Source of the DNA: an uncultured bacterium
Lineage (GTDB): Bacteria > Calescibacteriota > Calescibacteriia > Calescibacteriales > Calescibacteriaceae
Direction: 5' to 3'
Assembly (NCBI GenBank): GCA_938036315.1
Contig: CALHPK010000001.1
Span: 144,109-208,108, forward strand
DNA: 64,000 nt
Made by a program: the position numbers and the translations under genes
Notes under the pieces: generated by a model
Told to the model about the DNA's origin: nothing
The model's database searches: none
What the model saw: only the letters and a program-made list of their open reading frames with translations
Shown here: positions 61,001 through 64,000 of the stretch, piece by piece
How positions within the stretch are numbered: position 1 is the first letter of the stretch
Layout: every line of letters starts with the position of its first letter

Positions 61001-63690
61001 CCTCCCGAATCCTGAGCTTGGAGCACCAAAAGCGCCGTCTTCGCACCTTGCGGAACTTGTATCTCAAACTCTTTCTCCGCTTTCCCTCTTTCCAAAATTA
61101 TAGAACCTGAATCAGAATATCCCCAATCCGTTACTGAAAGACTGTAATTTAAAAAACTTGAATCATCTGAAAACTCAACCTTTAATTTTGCTCTCCCCCC
61201 CGCTTTTGCTTGTCCTTTCTGGATTATCTTTATCAAGGGTGAGGCATCTTCTATTTCCAAAGTTATGTCAACCGAAGCAGTTGAACCTTTCTCCTTTGTC
61301 TGTATCTCTCTTTCTACTCTAACACCCTTGTAACTTGCATAAATTTTTACTTTTGTGTTAGGTGGTGCCTCGAGTTTGAACTGCCCCCCTGAATTTGTGT
61401 AGTCAACCTCTCCAAACTCCGTTTCTACCCTCACCCCTGGTATGTGATTCCCTCTTTTTGATTGAATAGTCCCTTGAACCCATGCAGGGCGAGTATCTAT
61501 CTCCTGCTCTGACCATACACACTCCGTCCCCTTTGCCTCGTATTCCTTCTCGTAAATCTCTTGCGTTGTAGATGTTTGGTATATAAACTTTACTTTGTAT
61601 CTGTATCTCCCTTCTTCTGATTTCTTCGCCCTTCCTCCTCGAACCTTAAAAAATCCATCTTCATCCGTAAAAACTGGAGACCTATCTCCAACTATGACTG
61701 ATACTCCCCTCAATCCTTTCCCTTCTTTATCTCTCACTTGCCCTTCTGCACATACCTCAACATATTCAAAGTTTGCACCCTGACAGGAAACTTGACTGTC
61801 CTCTGGCTTTACCCTGACAACTTCTGTTCTCCCCTCTGTTGAGCCATCCGGAAACTTTGCTATGTATGTGATTTTCACGTCCTCTGTTTGTGTAGGTCTT
61901 GGTATAAAAACTTCAAAATCCCCTGAAGATTTTGTTTTTGTGTTGTTCCCTCCAACGAAAACTTCTACCCCCTCTGCAGGTTGTGAATTTACAAACACCT
62001 TACATCCAACTTTCAAAGGAGAGAGATTTATTGAAAATTGACAGGTTTCAGCTGTTATATCTTTGTCAACATTTAAAGTTTTTTGTGCTTTGTAAGTTCT
62101 CCCGTCTTTTTCGGTAGAAATCGTAATAGTAATGTTTCCACCCCTTGAGATTAAACTGAAATTTCCAGATGAGTCAGTTTTTGTTGCCTTCCCTTCTGAT
62201 GATACAACATTTGCGTTCTGTATAGGATTACCTTCCTCATCCTTCACAAAGCATGAAACTGAAAACATTGAAGGCGGTGACAGAGTTGGACCTTCATAAC
62301 AACCTTCTTTCTTATCTCCAACTGAAAATTCCTTTACCCCTGAAATCTCTCCGTAGGTGCCATATATCCTTCCATTCCAAGCATAAATCCTGTCTGTCGC
62401 AAAAATCCTTATATTAGAATTAGAAGGAACATATAAGATATACTCGCCATTTTCGTCAGAAATTGTGTATGTTGACCTATATCCTGAGCATATCCATTGA
62501 CCTACAATCTCACCGTATCTTCTCAACTCCGAAGCCGTTACATAAACTCCACTCACTGGTTTCCCATCCGCTCCTATTACCTTACCTTTTACACATACAT
62601 TCCTTGGCAATGTTGGACACCCAAAACTCCACCAAGATGTGTGAGTTAGACTCATCTCCCCGTATGCGACCTCATCTAAAATTCCGTCCCCGTCCGTGTC
62701 TTCTTTGAATATCACAACCTTTGCTTCTTTATGCCTTTTCCATATTCCATCCTCAGCATCATATGAATACAAAGGGATAGAATTTGCTCCCCTTTTGTAT
62801 GCCTCTAAAGCGTCTTTTTGTAAACTTTCTGGCAATCTCCGCATCACCATTACTGGATTTTCTGGAGATGCCACCTGCACATCTTTGCCACCCTGCTTAA
62901 AACTTAAAGAAGTCCATCCAAGTGCTTTAAGTTCAACTTCTTCAATTCCTGAAATCCCTAAGATCCCCTTTGCCTCTTCATCTTGTGCTTTAAAATCCCC
63001 TGGAAAGCTATTTAAATTTCTGTCAGGGTCTCCAACTGTTATTTCTACTGTGATTTCTCCTTCCTGCTGTTTTGTAAAGAAAGATTTTATCTCGTCCAAC
63101 ACAGAAGAAGGTGATGCTCTTCCTGTTACTATTCTTCCTGTTACTAATCTTCCTGTTACAAAGGCTTCTCCCGAATCTGTTCTCATTGTTTCTGTTCCAT
63201 CAGGGTTTTGAGTATATCTACCTGTTACTAATCTTCCTGTTACGAATCTTCCCGTTACAAAGTCTGCTTGAATATCCACATTTATTGCCCTGCCTGTTAT
63301 AATTCTACCTGTTATAATTCTACCTGTTATAATTCTACCTGTTATAAGTCTGCCTGTTACAAAATCAGAGCGTATTACTTTATGAGAAGGAGCAAAACCT
63401 TCTTGTTCGACAGTGATTTTTATATCTTTTCCTTCTTGGATTGGGACTTCTGCTGAAAATACCCCGAACTCATCTGTTTTGGTTTCTTGAACTTTGCCAG
63501 CAGATTCAATTTTTACATTTGCCGAGATCAGGGGCTTTCCTTCTATGGAGTCCTTTACTGTTCCTGAAACAATTATGGATGTAAGTTCCTTTTCCTCTGC
63601 TTCATTTTTTACTTTACATAAAGAAGCACAAGACGAAAGGAAGACAAAGACGAAAAAATAAAGAATCAATAAACGTAGAATATTATTCAT
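58024..63690 (-). CDS. Giant (1888 aa) mosaic cell-surface lipoprotein: CarboxypepD_reg-like domains, (I/V)TGR pentapeptide repeats, Ig/PKD-like domains, MopE/Myxococcus-type Cys-rich repeats, FN3, 6-blade RCC1 propeller, poly-Gly linker, Cys-containing C-terminal sorting signal
   Basis: A single uninterrupted ORF with signal peptide and lipobox (FLSSC). Recognisable repeat signatures are CDGIDNDCDGEIDEG (x3), YKDADFDGYYPVGGSQVSCTDPYPENSTYAVLSPGDCDD (x3), HTCAVKTDNSLWCWG.N..GQLG.GT (x6) and an FN3 block (LRWQDN...YYFRVYAFNSTG). The C-terminus reads SGSGGGGGGGAPQYFG...FGCSVSGFG + hydrophobic helix + RKRKKKVF. Confidence 0.85.
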   Translation of the reverse strand: MNNILRLLILYFFVFVFLSSCASLCKVKNEAEEKELTSIIVSGTVKDSIEGKPLISANVKIESAGKVQETKTDEFGVFSAEVPIQEGKDIKITVEQEGFAPSHKVIRSDFVTGRLITGRIITGRIITGRIITGRAINVDIQADFVTGRFVTGRLVTGRYTQNPDGTETMRTDSGEAFVTGRLVTGRIVTGRASPSSVLDEIKSFFTKQQEGEITVEITVGDPDRNLNSFPGDFKAQDEEAKGILGISGIEEVELKALGWTSLSFKQGGKDVQVASPENPVMVMRRLPESLQKDALEAYKRGANSIPLYSYDAEDGIWKRHKEAKVVIFKEDTDGDGILDEVAYGEMSLTHTSWWSFGCPTLPRNVCVKGKVIGADGKPVSGVYVTASELRRYGEIVGQWICSGYRSTYTISDENGEYILYVPSNSNIRIFATDRIYAWNGRIYGTYGEISGVKEFSVGDKKEGCYEGPTLSPPSMFSVSCFVKDEEGNPIQNANVVSSEGKATKTDSSGNFSLISRGGNITITISTEKDGRTYKAQKTLNVDKDITAETCQFSINLSPLKVGCKVFVNSQPAEGVEVFVGGNNTKTKSSGDFEVFIPRPTQTEDVKITYIAKFPDGSTEGRTEVVRVKPEDSQVSCQGANFEYVEVCAEGQVRDKEGKGLRGVSVIVGDRSPVFTDEDGFFKVRGGRAKKSEEGRYRYKVKFIYQTSTTQEIYEKEYEAKGTECVWSEQEIDTRPAWVQGTIQSKRGNHIPGVRVETEFGEVDYTNSGGQFKLEAPPNTKVKIYASYKGVRVEREIQTKEKGSTASVDITLEIEDASPLIKIIQKGQAKAGGRAKLKVEFSDDSSFLNYSLSVTDWGYSDSGSIILERGKAEKEFEIQVPQGAKTALLVLQAQDSGGNKDTVSTTIEVKKENRAPRVIKIGTTGGIWIGREFVASAVVNEPDGDDVTFAWEITKDGVKFDWITPYGATAVVKVPQTADGGEYVLRVVVRDSEGAETVFEKKVEIKKENKEGEIVCVPKEEVCDGIDNDCDGEIDEGVKLTFYQDKDSDGYGNPGSVTEACTQPQGYVSNSQDCDDERAEINPNTVWFKDSDSDGYTDGTTRISCLQPQGYVLYAMVGDCNDNNPNIKPGATEICDGIDNDCDGEIDEGVLLVFYKDADSDGYTDGAVQVACGPTSPYNLTTITLLDCDDSVASIYPGAPLNCNNGKDNDCSGHIETWFWEDRDSDTWTTSVSTCANTMPAGFTSVSKPEDCDDLNPDVNPGTIWYKDADFDGYYPVGGSQVSCTDPYPENSTYAVLSPGDCDDNNANLNPETIWYKDADFDGYYPEGGSQVSCTDPYPENSTYAVLSPEDCDDNNANLNPGTIWYKDADFDGYYPVGGSQVSCTDPYPDNSTYAVLSPGDCDDSNSSINPGQTEVCDGIDNNCAGGIDEGFEPCSAPSNLTYFFVSADTVGLRWQDNSPNEQGFVVEVSTDSLFSNPQIQTFSANTTEGYITSLQEKTTYYFRVYAFNSTGNTAYSNIISATTSSIYFEGAIQISSGGYHTCAVKTDNSLWCWGRNEYGQLGNGTTAPSSAPVQIMATGVSQVSLGWWHTCAIKTDNSLWCWGWNEFGQLGDGTWTNRYTPVQIMATGVSQVSLGWWHTCAVKTDGSLWCWGDNRSGQLGDGTGVYYRDTPVQIMATGVSQVSLGAFHTCAVKTDGSLWCWGSNNRGQLGDGTNENKNTPVQIMATGVSQVSLGGWHTCAIKTDGSLWCWGENYFGQLGNGTTQDRNTPVQITQGVSQVSLGGEHTCAVKTDNSLWCWGWNAWGQLGDGTWTHRSTPVRVLSGSGGGGGGGAPQYFGTSQTDQTEFTSDQDQELTSKFGCSVSGFGYLIFISALPLILLLRKRKKKVF
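58260..59208 (-). repeat. Six tandem ~156-bp RCC1-blade coding repeats with high DNA-level identity
   Basis: Repeated TPVQIMATGVSQVSLG.WHTCA.KTD.SLWCWG.N..GQLGDGT blocks. The antisense ORF 58254-59099 is an artefact of this periodicity. Confidence 0.8.
59484..59935 (-). repeat. Three tandem 150-bp near-identical coding repeats (50-aa Cys/Asp-rich modules)
   Basis: Units start at 59485, 59635 and 59785 and differ by only a few nt. Each encodes WYKDADFDGYYP.GGSQVSCTDPYP.NSTYAVLSP.DCDD.N. Confidence 0.85.
63118..63360 (-). repeat. Coding tandem pentapeptide repeat (I/L/V)(I/V)TGR, including 15-bp perfect DNA tandem cctgttataattcta x3-4
   Basis: Protein reads FVTGRLITGRIITGRIITGRIITGRAI ... FVTGRFVTGRLVTGRY ... 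FVTGRLVTGRIVTGR. The DNA at 63293-63352 is a perfect 15-mer tandem. Confidence 0.8.
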
Positions 63691-63858
63691 AAGTATTTAT
63701 TATTATAATACTATTTTTTGAAAAGTAGCAAGGAGATTTAAAATTTTTGTGTTGAGGAATTTTTACTGATCAGCATCAGAGTGTGACAGATTTTACGTTT
63801 TCTATTGCTTATTGCTGATATATGTTTATTGTTTGTTATAACTTTTCCTATTCTGTTG

Positions 63859-64000
63859 CTATAACTTTTCCCATTCAAAATTTGTAATGTTTCTTTTTTC
63901 CTTTGAAAACTCAATCCCTATCAGGTAAATATTTTCGTATCTCCCTTTATATTTCTCCCAGTATCTCTTCTGCTTTATCTGTTCCAAAGCTCTTCCTTCC
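63859..64000 (-). CDS. C-terminal 46 codons of an unknown gene whose 5' part lies beyond the window edge
   Basis: Minus-strand frame reads ...EGRALEQIKQKRYWEKYKGRYENIYLIGIEFSKEKRNITNFEWEKL* and stays open to the window edge. About 75% nt identity to 57693-57830 with a frame-preserving 6-nt indel. Confidence 0.4.
   Translation of the reverse strand, partial: EGRALEQIKQKRYWEKYKGRYENIYLIGIEFSKEKRNITNFEWEKL

Noticed and set aside
1-64000. CRISPR arrays, IS elements, integrases, prophage genes
   Set aside because: No regularly spaced short repeats with unique spacers were found. No transposase, integrase, phage capsid or terminase-like ORFs were found. The tandem repeats seen are either coding or 2-4 copy simple tandems.

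Overview
This 64 kb window is a low-GC (roughly 35-40% by eye), densely coded bacterial chromosomal segment. About 60 protein genes are called on both strands, plus two tRNAs: tRNA-Ala(GGC) on the minus strand with the G3:U70 identity pair, and tRNA-Lys(UUU) on the plus strand. No rRNA, CRISPR array, transposase or integrase was seen. Most of the content is housekeeping: clpP, dcd, atpA, efp, rpmC, rpmB, rpsZ, rpsH, rplA, coaE, nuoJKLMN, pheA, murE, murD, murJ, dnaJ, rsmI, tyrS, hslU and cinA. These core genes sit away from their usual operon partners. atpA is alone, rplA lacks rplK, rpmC is alone, rpsZ-rpsH lack rplE/rplF, hslU lacks hslV, clpP lacks clpX, and nuoJ-N lack nuoA-I, so local gene order is heavily scrambled. 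Envelope genes suggest a diderm organism: Slt-type lytic transglycosylase, CusB/CusA metal efflux, MurJ, several lipoproteins, and a glycosyltransferase/methyltransferase cluster. The most unusual locus is a 1888-aa mosaic surface lipoprotein at 58024-63690 on the minus strand. It combines CarboxypepD_reg-like domains, an unusual (I/V)TGR pentapeptide array, Ig/PKD-like domains, MopE/Myxococcus-type Cys-rich repeats, an FN3 domain, a six-blade RCC1 propeller, a poly-Gly linker and a Cys-containing C-terminal sorting signal. It contains several near-identical internal DNA repeats. It is bracketed by two diverged copies of a ~140 bp segment that each encode the same C-terminal peptide (...RNITNFEWEKL*), which looks like an insertion or duplication footprint. 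A stand-alone PqqD-like (RiPP-recognition-element-like) gene lies immediately upstream of an efp whose modification loop is non-canonical. A small secreted Cys-rich protein lies upstream of a CusB carrying two tandem CPMHP metal-binding modules. Several perfect intergenic direct repeats are also present.
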